Shown here in pieces: positions 1 through 9,347 of a DNA stretch of 32,925 nucleotides. The number at the start of each line of letters is the position of its first letter. The stretch's first letter is position 1. The position numbers and the translations under genes are program-made. Under the pieces are notes generated by a model. It had not been told where the DNA came from. It did no database searches and saw only the letters and a program-made list of their open reading frames with translations. Origin of the DNA: Candidatus Nanohalobium sp. (GTDB lineage Archaea; Nanohalarchaeota; Nanosalinia; Nanosalinales; Nanosalinaceae); NCBI GenBank assembly GCA_042217545.1, contig JBDGSM010000024.1, positions 20,374-53,298 on the forward strand. Direction: 5' to 3'.

Positions 1-31
1 TCTTCATGGCCGGTCCTCCATATCTACGATA

Positions 32-55
32 TGGACTCTCCGGGATTTGAACCCG
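32..55 (-). repeat. 24-bp exact copy of the tRNA-Ala(GGC) 3' end (T-arm plus acceptor 3' strand); att-like
   Basis: tggactctccgggatttgaacccg at 32-55 is identical to 111-134. Confidence 0.9.
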
Positions 56-110
56 TCCGAAGATCGAAGATTTTCTAGGAGGATATCAAATCTTAGGAGA
101 AGGAACGGAG

Positions 111-184
<74 letters not shown>

Positions 185-346
185 TGCGGTGTGTAAAGGC
201 CTTTGACCGGAGAGTTTTTTAAATCGGACTATGGTGCCTGGATTCCGTCAGAGGTCTTCGTTTTCGGCAAGACTATCTGGTTTTCCGAAGTCTTGACCGG
301 CTGTTTTACCGGCAGTTATAATAGATTTTGTCGATTTAGTAAAGTC

Positions 347-1217
347 ATGTCGGTCACTATCGACGATGACTACCGTGAAAGTTTCTCTGACTGCGAACCG
401 GGAACCCTTCAAGACAGGATGACCGTTCTGAACGAGGATCCCTCTCAGTACGATGAAGAGGCGCAGGAAGAGCTCCTCGCCGAGTTCATCTACGCCCTGG
501 AGCAAGGCGATGTCCGAGCTGCAGAACGATACGATGGCGAATGGGAGGCCAACCCGTGGGTGAAGGAAGGGATACTGTCGATATTCGGTCTTGCGGAAAA
601 CATGGAAAGAGAAGACACGGAAAACGGCGAGATATACCACGATGTCATGCCGACGAGGAACGTCGAAGAGTTCCTGGAGAAAGGAGCCAGGAACACCCCA
701 GGAACAACACTGAGAGTAGGAAACTACTTCGGCGACGGCACAACGGTCATGAGAAGCTTACGTCAACATTGGAGCCTATGTAGACGACGACACGATGGTC
801 GACTCAAACGTCACGTTCGGATCAGCCGCACAGATGGGAGAAGACGGACACGTAGGAGCAAACACGACGATCGGCGGCGTACTCGATCCCGCGGAGAAAA
901 GGCCTGTCGTGATAGGTGACAACGTATCAATCGGCGCGGGAAGCCGCATAACCAGCGGAGCAGAGATCGGTGACCGCGTCAACACCGGAGAAGACCTGCT
1001 TCTCAACCCCAGCATCGAAGTATACGACCTCGTGAACAACCAGATCCTGGAAGGAGAAATCCCGAGCAACAGAACAGCATTCAGAAGAACCAAAGAATCC
1101 AGCGTAAGCGACCACGAACTCTTCGACGAAGACGAATCAGTCCAGAAACCAATCGTCGTAGCAGTAGAATACGACGAAGACGCAGTAGAGCTGGAAGAAG
1201 AACTGAGGATGGACTAG
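347..1217 (+). pseudogene. dapD: Tetrahydrodipicolinate N-succinyltransferase, split by a +1 frameshift near 753-759 (pseudogene, recoding or sequencing error)
   Basis: First frame has WEANPWVKEGIL...YHDVMP...R.GNYFGDGTTVM; second frame continues YVNIGAYVDDDTMVDSNVTFGSAAQMG...IGGVLDP...LEEELR, typical of DapD. Confidence 0.85.
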
Positions 1218-1226
1218 AGAAGGCCT

Positions 1227-2282
1227 TCAGCTCAGGAAACTTTCGGCAACGGAGACAGCAGTCTTCCCCGCTTTTTTGACCTCTTCTTTCTCCACGTATT
1301 CTCTTTTGGAGTGAGCGACACCGCCTTCCCCATCTTTCAGGACGCCAGGTCCGAAGACAGCGGTAGGGATCTCTGGAGCGAAGTAAGAGGCCTCACACAC
1401 AGCCGTGAAAGGCCTCAGTTCTCCGTCGGCGTGTTCCTCCAGTTCATTGACCAGTTCGCTGTCTTCAGAGGTTCTGAAAGCTCCGAGGAGTGGAGAGTTG
1501 TTCGCGGCCCGGTCAACAGATACTTCAGCTGGTGTATCGATATTCCTGATAAACATCTCCAGCCTCTCCATGAACTCCTCCATACTTTCCCCAGGTACAC
1601 TTCTCCTGTCGATCCTCACCTTACAGGTATCAGGGACAACGTTCGAGGACTTGCCTCCTGAAACGATCGTTGGCGTCAATGTAGGCCTCCCCAGCTCCTC
1701 ATCGGAACTGCCGGAGTCAAAGTTCTTCAACAAGTTTATGATCTTTGAGGCCTCCGAGACCGCGTTGACACCTGACTCAGGTTCTGCGGCGTGAGCGTTC
1801 TCCCCTTCAACCTTTATCTCCACCTCGAAACGTCCTCTCGAAGCGTTGCATGCGTCAAGGCCTGTCGGCTCGCCGACCACGACAGCATCAGGATCAAGGC
1901 CCAGCTCACCTATGGCCCGGGACTCTGTCTCCTCGTCAGGAGTCAAAGCCAGAGAAAGACGGCCTTCGCCCATATCAGCCTCAACAAAAGCCTTCAGCAT
2001 CGAGGCCAGAGGCCCTTTCGCGTCACAGGAACCTCTACCATAGATCTTTTCCTCGTCCTCCCTGAACTCGACATGAGGAGAAACCGTATCCATGTGAGAG
2101 TTCAGGACGAGGTGAGGTCTTCCAGAACCTTTCGAAGCGATCAGATTCCCCGAGGAATCCACCTCGGCCTCGATTTCATGATCCTCAAGAACCTGAAAGA
2201 TCATCTCCCGGAACCCATCCACAGATTCATGTGAAGGCGTTCTGACAGCTTCCCTCAAAAATTCAAGCTCGTCGAAGCTAAT
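1227..2282 (-). CDS. dapE: M20 peptidase, ArgE/DapE family (probable succinyl-DAP desuccinylase); start uncertain (ATT 2282 or ATG 2318)
   Basis: SHMDTV, GRGSCDAKG, DEE, GEPT and C-terminal AHS motifs; located in the DAP cluster. Confidence 0.8.
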   Translation of the reverse strand: MSFDELEFLREAVRTPSHESVDGFREMIFQVLEDHEIEAEVDSSGNLIASKGSGRPHLVLNSHMDTVSPHVEFREDEEKIYGRGSCDAKGPLASMLKAFVEADMGEGRLSLALTPDEETESRAIGELGLDPDAVVVGEPTGLDACNASRGRFEVEIKVEGENAHAAEPESGVNAVSEASKIINLLKNFDSGSSDEELGRPTLTPTIVSGGKSSNVVPDTCKVRIDRRSVPGESMEEFMERLEMFIRNIDTPAEVSVDRAANNSPLLGAFRTSEDSELVNELEEHADGELRPFTAVCEASYFAPEIPTAVFGPGVLKDGEGGVAHSKREYVEKEEVKKAGKTAVSVAESFLS

Positions 2283-3498
2283 CCTGATCCACCTCGAAAC
2301 CAGTTCCGTGGAAGACATCGCTCCAGTCCTGGCCCTCCCGGACAAGCTCTGCCCCACCGTCCTCGATTTTGACCTCGGGTGGCATAGGCCTCGTGTTCCA
2401 GTTCGAAGCCATCGCAAAACCATAAGCGCCGACGTCTCTTATCGCCAGAAGATCGCCTCTACCGACCTTCGAGATCTCCCTGTCCTCAGCGAACGTGTCA
2501 GTGTTCTCACATACAAGGCCTACAACATCGACAGTGAAGCTATCCTCGGAAGGATTCACAGCCTCTATCTCGTGATACGCATCGTAGAGCATAGGCCTCA
2601 GGAAATGATGCATACCGGAATCAAGGCCTACATACGTCTTCTCCTTCTCAAGTACGTCCTGTACCTGAGCGATCAAGGTTCCAGACTGGGCGACCAGGAA
2701 ACGACCCGGCTCCATCATGACCTCAGGATTCCCGAGATCGAAACCTTCCAGGGCCTCTGAAACGTTTTCAGCTACTTTTTCAACGTCGAGTTCATCTTCT
2801 TCAGGCCTGTAAGGTACTCCCAGGCCTCCACCTATATCTATGAACTCGAACTCGATATCCAGTTCTTCTGAGATGTTCTCTGCGATCTCGCAAAGCTTCC
2901 TAGTAACTCTTCCGAAGTACTCCGCCTCCAGGACTCCGCTGCCGGTCATCACGTGGATACCGAATCTTTCCACACCGGCTTCCTTTGCTTTTCTGTAGGC
3001 CTCTAATGCATTCTCTTCTTCGACTCCAAACTTGGAGCCTCCGCCGAGTTCAAGGCCGAAACTTCCCTGCCCTATACCAGGATCTATTCTAAAGGAGACT
3101 CTTTCAGAAAGCTCTTCTGCCCGTTCAAAGGCCTTAATCGAGTTAAAATTCAGAGTAACGTTTTTCTCAGCAGCAAACTCAAGCTCCTCCTGTGGCGGGA
3201 AAGGAGCAGTGTAGATGATATTCTCCGGATCGTTAAATTTCAGTGCGAGCTCCAGTTCTGCCCTGCTGGCACAGTCAAAACCTGCTCCCTCCTCTGAAAG
3301 GAGAGAAAGAACGGATGGGTTAGGATTAGCCTTAACAGCGTAGTTGACACTCGATTTATCGAACTCCTCTGCGAAGGCCTCCGATAACCTGCGGTACTGA
3401 TCGTTTATCCTGTTAAAATCGTAGACATAAAGGGGAGTACCGTATTCTTCCGCAACATTTTCTGCTTCAAGGCCTCCTATCTCAAGCTTCTCAGTCAT
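2278..3498 (-). CDS. lysA: Diaminopimelate decarboxylase
   Basis: YGTPLYVYD, YAVKAN (PLP lysine), SKFG, DIGGG, EPGR, CENTD, GAYG..M.SNWN; SD-like AGGAG before ATG 3498. Confidence 0.96.
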   Translation of the reverse strand: MTEKLEIGGLEAENVAEEYGTPLYVYDFNRINDQYRRLSEAFAEEFDKSSVNYAVKANPNPSVLSLLSEEGAGFDCASRAELELALKFNDPENIIYTAPFPPQEELEFAAEKNVTLNFNSIKAFERAEELSERVSFRIDPGIGQGSFGLELGGGSKFGVEEENALEAYRKAKEAGVERFGIHVMTGSGVLEAEYFGRVTRKLCEIAENISEELDIEFEFIDIGGGLGVPYRPEEDELDVEKVAENVSEALEGFDLGNPEVMMEPGRFLVAQSGTLIAQVQDVLEKEKTYVGLDSGMHHFLRPMLYDAYHEIEAVNPSEDSFTVDVVGLVCENTDTFAEDREISKVGRGDLLAIRDVGAYGFAMASNWNTRPMPPEVKIEDGGAELVREGQDWSDVFHGTGFEVDQD

Positions 3499-3538
3499 CC
3501 TGATCTCCTGATAAAGAAAGAAGATGGTTGAAAGGTTT

Positions 3539-4990
3539 TCATTCTTCCTCACCCACCATCGGGAACAGCAGCACATCCCTGATCGACTCCTGACCTGTCA
3601 GGATCATCACCAGGCGATCGATCCCGATACCGAGGCCTCCGGTCGGCGGCATGCCTAACTCGAGAGCTTCTACAAACTCCATGTCCAGAGGATGAGCCTC
3701 GTCATCTCCCTGCTCCTGACGTTCCTGTTCCCTCTCAAAGTGCTCACGCTGCTGGACCGGATCACGCAGCTCGGTGTACGCGTTCGCCAATTCCATACCG
3801 GCGACGAAGGACTCGAACCTCTCGATAAGGCCTTCCTCGCTCCTGTGGTCCATGCAGAGAGGCGTGGTCTCGGTCGGATAATCCGTGATATGGGTCGGCT
3901 GGACCAGTTCCTCCTCCGCGACCTCCTCGAAGATCTCCGCGATCGCAAGGCCTCGCTCGAACTCGCTTTCAAGCTCTACACTAAGTTCATCCATCGCTCC
4001 CCGGAGTTCCTCGTCGCTCATCTCGCTTACTTGAAGGCCTCCGTACTCCTCTATGGCTTCGTGCATAGTCATCCGTCTCCAAGGCGCCGAAAGGTCTATC
4101 TCCTCGCCCCGGTACTCGACCGTACTTGAGCCTGTCACTTCTTCCGCGATGTGTTCGACGAGTTCTTCCGTCAATTCCATCATGTCCTCGTAGTCGGCGT
4201 AGGCCTGGTAGAGCTCCATCATCCGGAACTCCGGGTTGTGCGTCGTGTCGATCGACTCGTTCCGGAAGTTCGTCGCCACTTCAAAAATTCGCTCGTATCC
4301 GCCGATGATGAGTCTTTTGAGGTAAAGCTCCGGGGAGATCCTCAGGTAAGCGTCCATGTCCCTGTCGTTCACATAGGTCTCGAAAGGCTCGGCGTTCGCA
4401 CCTCCATAGACAGGCTGGATGGTCGGTGTCTCCACCTCCATGAAACCATCATTTTCCAGGAATCTTCTCAGCTCGGAGATAATCTCGCTTCTCTGCCTGA
4501 ACCGATCCCTTGCGTCCATATCCATCGTTAAATGGAGAGGCCTGTCCCTGTACCTCAACTCCTGATCTTCGACACCGAAGTGCTCCGAAGGTACAGGTCT
4601 GACAGCGGTCGTCAGAACCTCGACCTCGGAGGCCTGGAGCGTGAACTCCTCTCTATCGGTGTATGTCAAGGTTCCCGTGACACCTATGAAGTCTCCTCTG
4701 TAAACATCTTCAAGAGTCTCCAAGGCCTCATCGTTCTCTCTGACCATGACCTGGATCTCCGCTCTCGCGTCTCTCAGGTCGAGGAAGACCAGTTCTCCGA
4801 AATCCCTGATCTCCATCACTCTTCCGGCTGTCGAGAAACTCTCTTCAGGAAAATCTTCTGAGGCTTCTTCCGTATCAAATTCCTGAAGTTCTTCTATTGT
4901 ATGTGAGCGGTCGAAGTCGTAGGCGAAGGCCTCACCGTTTTCTCTTCTCTGCCTGAGGTGTTCCAGGCGCTCCTGTCTCTCGTCAGACAT
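3539..4990 (-). CDS. lysS: Lysine--tRNA ligase, class II
   Basis: OB-fold N-terminus; GGANAEPF, YLRISPELYLKRL..GG, FRNE...HNPEF, ELANAYTEL, GMPPTGGLGIGIDRL. Confidence 0.97.
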   Translation of the reverse strand: MSDERQERLEHLRQRRENGEAFAYDFDRSHTIEELQEFDTEEASEDFPEESFSTAGRVMEIRDFGELVFLDLRDARAEIQVMVRENDEALETLEDVYRGDFIGVTGTLTYTDREEFTLQASEVEVLTTAVRPVPSEHFGVEDQELRYRDRPLHLTMDMDARDRFRQRSEIISELRRFLENDGFMEVETPTIQPVYGGANAEPFETYVNDRDMDAYLRISPELYLKRLIIGGYERIFEVATNFRNESIDTTHNPEFRMMELYQAYADYEDMMELTEELVEHIAEEVTGSSTVEYRGEEIDLSAPWRRMTMHEAIEEYGGLQVSEMSDEELRGAMDELSVELESEFERGLAIAEIFEEVAEEELVQPTHITDYPTETTPLCMDHRSEEGLIERFESFVAGMELANAYTELRDPVQQREHFEREQERQEQGDDEAHPLDMEFVEALELGMPPTGGLGIGIDRLVMILTGQESIRDVLLFPMVGEEE

Positions 4991-5039
4991 GGGAGACACC
5001 GGAAAGTATAGCTGAAGCTGTGTTTAGAAGGTTTTCAGT

Positions 5040-5056
5040 GCTCAGAATTTCTGAGC
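5040..5056. promoter_or_regulatory. Perfect inverted repeat GCTCAGAA-T-TTCTGAGC in the lysS/dapA divergent region (candidate operator)
   Basis: 8-bp arms with a 1-nt spacer, about 50 bp upstream of lysS. Confidence 0.4.
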
Positions 5057-5232
5057 TGTTTGCATACGTGTCGGCGCTTAAAACATCCACCGTTCATTGT
5101 AGATCTATATTCCGGGATGAACCTTAAATACTCTTCGACTTTTTCAACTAAAACAGCATTATATTTTGAATTCCGAAGGATATTCTTCGAAAAAGAGAAG
5201 AACTTTTAAGGTTTCGGAACTGTAAGGCCTGT

Positions 5233-5319
5233 ATGGAAGACGACTACCTCCGGTTGATGAAGACCCATATGACTGCCTTCGAAAATCCTGAAGAAAATTC
5301 GAACTCCGTACGGCGGTGA
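5233..5319 (+). CDS. Putative 28-aa leader ORF upstream of dapA (MEDDYLRLMKTHMTAFENPEENSNSVRR)
   Basis: ATG about 25 nt downstream of TATA-like TTTTAAG; stop codon lies in the GGTGA SD-like site of dapA. Confidence 0.35.
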   Translation: MEDDYLRLMKTHMTAFENPEENSNSVRR

Positions 5320-5325
5320 AGGCCT

Positions 5326-6267
5326 GTGAGTTTCACGCCCGAAGGGGTTTTTCCCGCGCTGCCGACGCCGATAGATGAGGATGGATCGATAAACTATGAG
5401 GCTGCAAGAGAGCATATCGAGTATCTGGAGGAGAACGGTGTTCACGGGATCGTTCCTGCTGGATGTACCGGGCACGCCGCAACACTGGGCGATAGAGGAA
5501 GCGAGAACCTGGAGTACGACGAACACGTGGAATTCGTTTCGCGCATCGCGGAGATGACGGATCTGCCTGTTATCGCCGGGGACGGGATGAACTCGACACA
5601 ACAAACACTGGAACTTGCGACTCGTATCGAGGAAGAGGCTGATATCGACGCACACCTGATGATCTCGCCTTACCAGAACTGCCCTCCACAGGACCTTATA
5701 ATCGAACATTACAGGACTCTCGCGGATGAACTAGAGAAGCCGATCATTGCGTACAACGTGCCAGGAAGAACAGGAAGGAATATCGACGCGGAAACGACTC
5801 TGGAGCTTGCGAGAATCGACGGAGTGATCGGGATCAAGGAGGCCTCTCTGGACTACGAGCAGATCCACGAGATCGGGATGCGGCTTGAAGAAGAGGACCT
5901 GGAAGATTTCTTCCTTGGATCTGGAGACGACGCCGCGAATCATTTCGTCTTCCAGCAGGGAGGCAGCTTCGCCATCTCAGTATCCGCGAACGTTCATCCC
6001 GAGGCCTCGGTCGAGGTCTGGAGACATGGATACGAAAACGATGATTACCAGAGAGCTTTCGAGCTGAACAGGGAGTTGAGGCCTCTGCATGATGCGATGT
6101 TCCAGGAGGGCGAGAAGAACCCGATAAGCGTTCAGTACGCGGTCAACCTTCTAGGCTTCGACTTCGGAACTCCACGTGCGCCGCTGAACAGGAGGCCTAG
6201 AGAGGATGAGGAGTACAGTAACCGGAGCGAGATCAGTAACGTTTTAGAGGATCAAGGCCTAATCTAG
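5326..6267 (+). CDS. dapA: 4-hydroxy-tetrahydrodipicolinate synthase
   Basis: GVFPALPTP, variant GCTGH loop, YNVPGRTG, GIKEAS (Schiff-base lysine); GTG start. Confidence 0.93.
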   Translation: MSFTPEGVFPALPTPIDEDGSINYEAAREHIEYLEENGVHGIVPAGCTGHAATLGDRGSENLEYDEHVEFVSRIAEMTDLPVIAGDGMNSTQQTLELATRIEEEADIDAHLMISPYQNCPPQDLIIEHYRTLADELEKPIIAYNVPGRTGRNIDAETTLELARIDGVIGIKEASLDYEQIHEIGMRLEEEDLEDFFLGSGDDAANHFVFQQGGSFAISVSANVHPEASVEVWRHGYENDDYQRAFELNRELRPLHDAMFQEGEKNPISVQYAVNLLGFDFGTPRAPLNRRPREDEEYSNRSEISNVLEDQGLI

Positions 6268-6276
6268 AGGTTAAAG

Positions 6277-7029
6277 ATGAGAATAGCAGTAACCGGCGCC
6301 ACGGGCCAGATGGGAACCAACGTCATAAAAGTCGCCAGAGACCGCGGAGAAACGATCTCGCTGGCTGTGGACAGGGAAGAAACCGAGAGCAGAGGCCTTG
6401 AAGTGAAAGAGGATGAAAACTTCGAGGAACTTCTCAGGGAGAGAGACGTCGATGTTATCGTGGATTTTACGGTCCCTGCCGGAACAATGAAGTACCTGGA
6501 AGCAGCGAGAGAAACTTCTATTCCGATCGTCATCGGGACTACAGGCTTCTCGGAGGAACAGGAACGCAGGATCGAGGAAGCTGGTAAGGAGATAGCTGTG
6601 CTGAAGGCCTCGAACTTCTCTCCCAGCATCAACGTGATGAGAGAGCTGGTGAAAGAGGCCTCCGGGAAGCTTGAAGATTATGATATCGAGGTCACCGAGA
6701 CACACCACAACAGGAAGCGGGACGCTCCGTCCGGTACCGCGAACACGTTTTTAGACGATATAAGAGAGGCTCGCGGAGATTTCGAGGAGGTTCACGGACG
6801 TGAAGGAGAGCAGCCGAGAGAAGAAGGCGAGGTCGGTGTACATGCGAAGAGAGCCGGCGACATCAAGGGAACGCATGAAGTCCTCCTCGCCGGGGATGAA
6901 GAAGTGCTGAAGGTCAAGCATAGAAGCGAGTCGCGCGAAGTTTTCGCTTCTGGAGCGCTGAAGGGTGCGGAATGGCTTCAAGGCCGTGATGATGGTTTCT
7001 ACAGTTTTTCGGAGGTGCTTGAGGAATGA
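6277..7029 (+). CDS. dapB: 4-hydroxy-tetrahydrodipicolinate reductase
   Basis: GATGQMG, DFT, VIGTTG, ETHHNRKRDAPSGTA. Confidence 0.97.
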   Translation: MRIAVTGATGQMGTNVIKVARDRGETISLAVDREETESRGLEVKEDENFEELLRERDVDVIVDFTVPAGTMKYLEAARETSIPIVIGTTGFSEEQERRIEEAGKEIAVLKASNFSPSINVMRELVKEASGKLEDYDIEVTETHHNRKRDAPSGTANTFLDDIREARGDFEEVHGREGEQPREEGEVGVHAKRAGDIKGTHEVLLAGDEEVLKVKHRSESREVFASGALKGAEWLQGRDDGFYSFSEVLEE

Positions 7030-8216
7030 GGATGGTCGCCAAGTTCGGAGGAACAAGCCTCAAAGATGGAGACAGGATAGAGAACGCCGCCGACAGCATA
7101 AAAAATGCTGTAGAGGAAGGCCATGAAGTAGCGGTAGTGGCCTCCGCCATGGGTTCGACGACTGATGATCTTCTGGATAACATCAATTTCAACGCGGAGG
7201 ACGAGGATCGGGACGAGATCGTCTCGATGGGGGAACGCACAAGCGTAAGGATGTTGAAGGCAGCTCTGAATGCTAGAGGCCTTGAAGCTGAGTTCTACGA
7301 GCCAGGTAAAGAGGGCTGGCCGGTCTTCGTTGATTCTGAGGGCCGTGTAGACAAGGAGATTACCAGAGAAAAAGCGGAGGAGCTTGCTGAAGGCCTTGAG
7401 TCCGAGGTTCCTGTGATTACAGGTTTCCTGGCGGAAGATCATGAGGGAAACGTTACTACGCTCGGCAGGGGCGGTTCTGACACTACAGCGGTTATGCTCG
7501 GTAATTACATGGATGCGGACAGGACTGCGATTGTTACAGACGTCGAAGGCGTGTTGACAGGTAATCCTGAGATCGTTGAATCCACGCACAACGTGGGGGA
7601 GATCAGTATAGACGAGTTAAGAGATCTATCGTTCAAGGGTGCTGAGGTCATCGCTCCGGAGGCCTTGCCATATAAGACAGATGAGATGGAGGTCAACGTG
7701 GTGCATTTCCAGAACGAGGACCTGCTTGAGTCTGGTACCAGTATAGAGGGCGAGTTCGAACGTATAATCGACACTGACGAGAAGGAGTTCGCCTGCTTGA
7801 CAGTGGCGGGCAGGGAGATCCGGAACGAGCCAGGGATACTCTCGAAGCTTTCCTCTGCACTGGAGGAGGAAGACGTGAACATCGAGGCGGCTTCGACAGG
7901 TATGGACAGCGTCAGCTTTTTCGTGGACGAAGAAAGAGCTGAGGAAGCGAATCAGGCCTTACATGATCTTGTACTGGAGAGGGAGAAGATATCCTCGGTC
8001 ACCGTGGACGATGGGATCGGTGTTATCCGTGTGGCCGGGGGGAAGCTTCCGGACAGGCCTGGCGTTGTAAGAGAGATCGTGGATCCTCTGGCTGAGGCGA
8101 ACATCAATATACATGAGATCGTGACCTCTGCCTCCAGTGTTATCATGTTCGTCGGGTACGAAGTACGGGAGAAAGCACTGCGGATAGTACAGGAGAACCT
8201 TGGCGTCACGGAATAA
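7026..8216 (+). CDS. lysC: Aspartate kinase with ACT domains
   Basis: KFGGTS, SAMGSTTD, TTLGRGGSDTTA, TDVEGV; ATGA overlap with dapB. Confidence 0.95.
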   Translation: MRMVAKFGGTSLKDGDRIENAADSIKNAVEEGHEVAVVASAMGSTTDDLLDNINFNAEDEDRDEIVSMGERTSVRMLKAALNARGLEAEFYEPGKEGWPVFVDSEGRVDKEITREKAEELAEGLESEVPVITGFLAEDHEGNVTTLGRGGSDTTAVMLGNYMDADRTAIVTDVEGVLTGNPEIVESTHNVGEISIDELRDLSFKGAEVIAPEALPYKTDEMEVNVVHFQNEDLLESGTSIEGEFERIIDTDEKEFACLTVAGREIRNEPGILSKLSSALEEEDVNIEAASTGMDSVSFFVDEERAEEANQALHDLVLEREKISSVTVDDGIGVIRVAGGKLPDRPGVVREIVDPLAEANINIHEIVTSASSVIMFVGYEVREKALRIVQENLGVTE

Positions 8217-8225
8217 CGTGATACT

Positions 8226-9347
8226 ATGACAGAAAAAATTAAGCTTGGCATACTCGGTGCGACAGGTATGGCGGGCCGAGACGCGGTGATACATCAGAGA
8301 AAACTCGAGGAGAACGGAGATGATTACGCAAGCCTGGAACTGGTGACCGGAAGCTCATCCAGCCAGGGAAGGCCTCTTAGAGACGTCTTCCAGGAGAAGG
8401 AAGAGGCCTTGTCGGAGAAGTACGGTTTCTGGGAGCCACAGGAATGCCCGGAAGAATACAGGGATTTAACTGTTCAAGGCCTTGACACGGAGGAGATCTC
8501 TGAAAAAGTAGATTACGTTATATCCGCCCTTCCGAGTTCTGTGGCTTCCAGGATCGAACCGGAGCTTCGTGAGAGAGGAGTACACGTCTTCTCAAACGCC
8601 AGTGAGTTTCGCTGGAACGAGGATATCCCTCTCATGATCCCGGAGGTCAATCCAGGGGATATCGAGATGCTGGAAGAGCAGGAGACCCCAGGTAAGCAGG
8701 CGAACAATCCCAACTGTACGACTGCAGCTTATGTCCCTGTGATAGAGGCCTTGAGAAGCGAGTTCGGGGTTGAAGCGGTTGATCTTGTTACTTTCCAGGC
8801 TATATCGGGAAAGGGCGATAAAGTAGCGGGCGATGAGTACGCTTCCCGTATTAACGGGAACTTGATAGATGATTGGGATGAGAAAAGCAATCACAACGGT
8901 GAAGAAGTTAAGTCCGAGATCGAGCCGCAGAAGATCCTGGGCCTCGCAGATAACAAGGAGGAGGCGAAGAGTTCAGGCCTTGAGATCGATGCCCAGACCG
9001 CTAGGGTTTCCACGCAGTACGGTCATCTCGAGTCTCTGAGGATAGAGTTTTCGGAGGATATGGATGTGGATGATGTGCGGGAGACCCTGGAGAACTGGAG
9101 GCCGGGGGAAGAAGTCAGAAGTCTTCCTTCAACCGCTGAGAAGCCTCTGAAAGTGCTTGATAGGCAGCCAGAGCCTCGGAGGGATGTCTTCGATCAGGAG
9201 GGTATGTCCGTGGTGGTAGGTGATCTGCGACAGCTGGAGGATGACCGGATTGCGATGTTCTCGCTGAGCCATAATCTGAGGAGAGGAGCGACCTGGACCG
9301 CCAGGCAGTCGATGGAACTATACCTCAAGAAGAAAGGCCTTCTCTAG
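8226..9347 (+). CDS. asd: Aspartate-semialdehyde dehydrogenase (archaeal type)
   Basis: GILGATGMAG, SNAS.FR, PEVN, NPNCTT (catalytic Cys), QAISG, HNLRRGA. Confidence 0.92.
   Translation: MTEKIKLGILGATGMAGRDAVIHQRKLEENGDDYASLELVTGSSSSQGRPLRDVFQEKEEALSEKYGFWEPQECPEEYRDLTVQGLDTEEISEKVDYVISALPSSVASRIEPELRERGVHVFSNASEFRWNEDIPLMIPEVNPGDIEMLEEQETPGKQANNPNCTTAAYVPVIEALRSEFGVEAVDLVTFQAISGKGDKVAGDEYASRINGNLIDDWDEKSNHNGEEVKSEIEPQKILGLADNKEEAKSSGLEIDAQTARVSTQYGHLESLRIEFSEDMDVDDVRETLENWRPGEEVRSLPSTAEKPLKVLDRQPEPRRDVFDQEGMSVVVGDLRQLEDDRIAMFSLSHNLRRGATWTARQSMELYLKKKGLL

Noticed and set aside
203..346. N-terminal extension of ORF 203-919
   Set aside because: TTG start lies in the divergent tRNA/dapD promoter region; ATG 347 follows a TTATAA box and suits DapD
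5000..5325. Lysine riboswitch or Lys-rich attenuator
   Set aside because: No recognisable L-box core; the uORF has a single Lys codon
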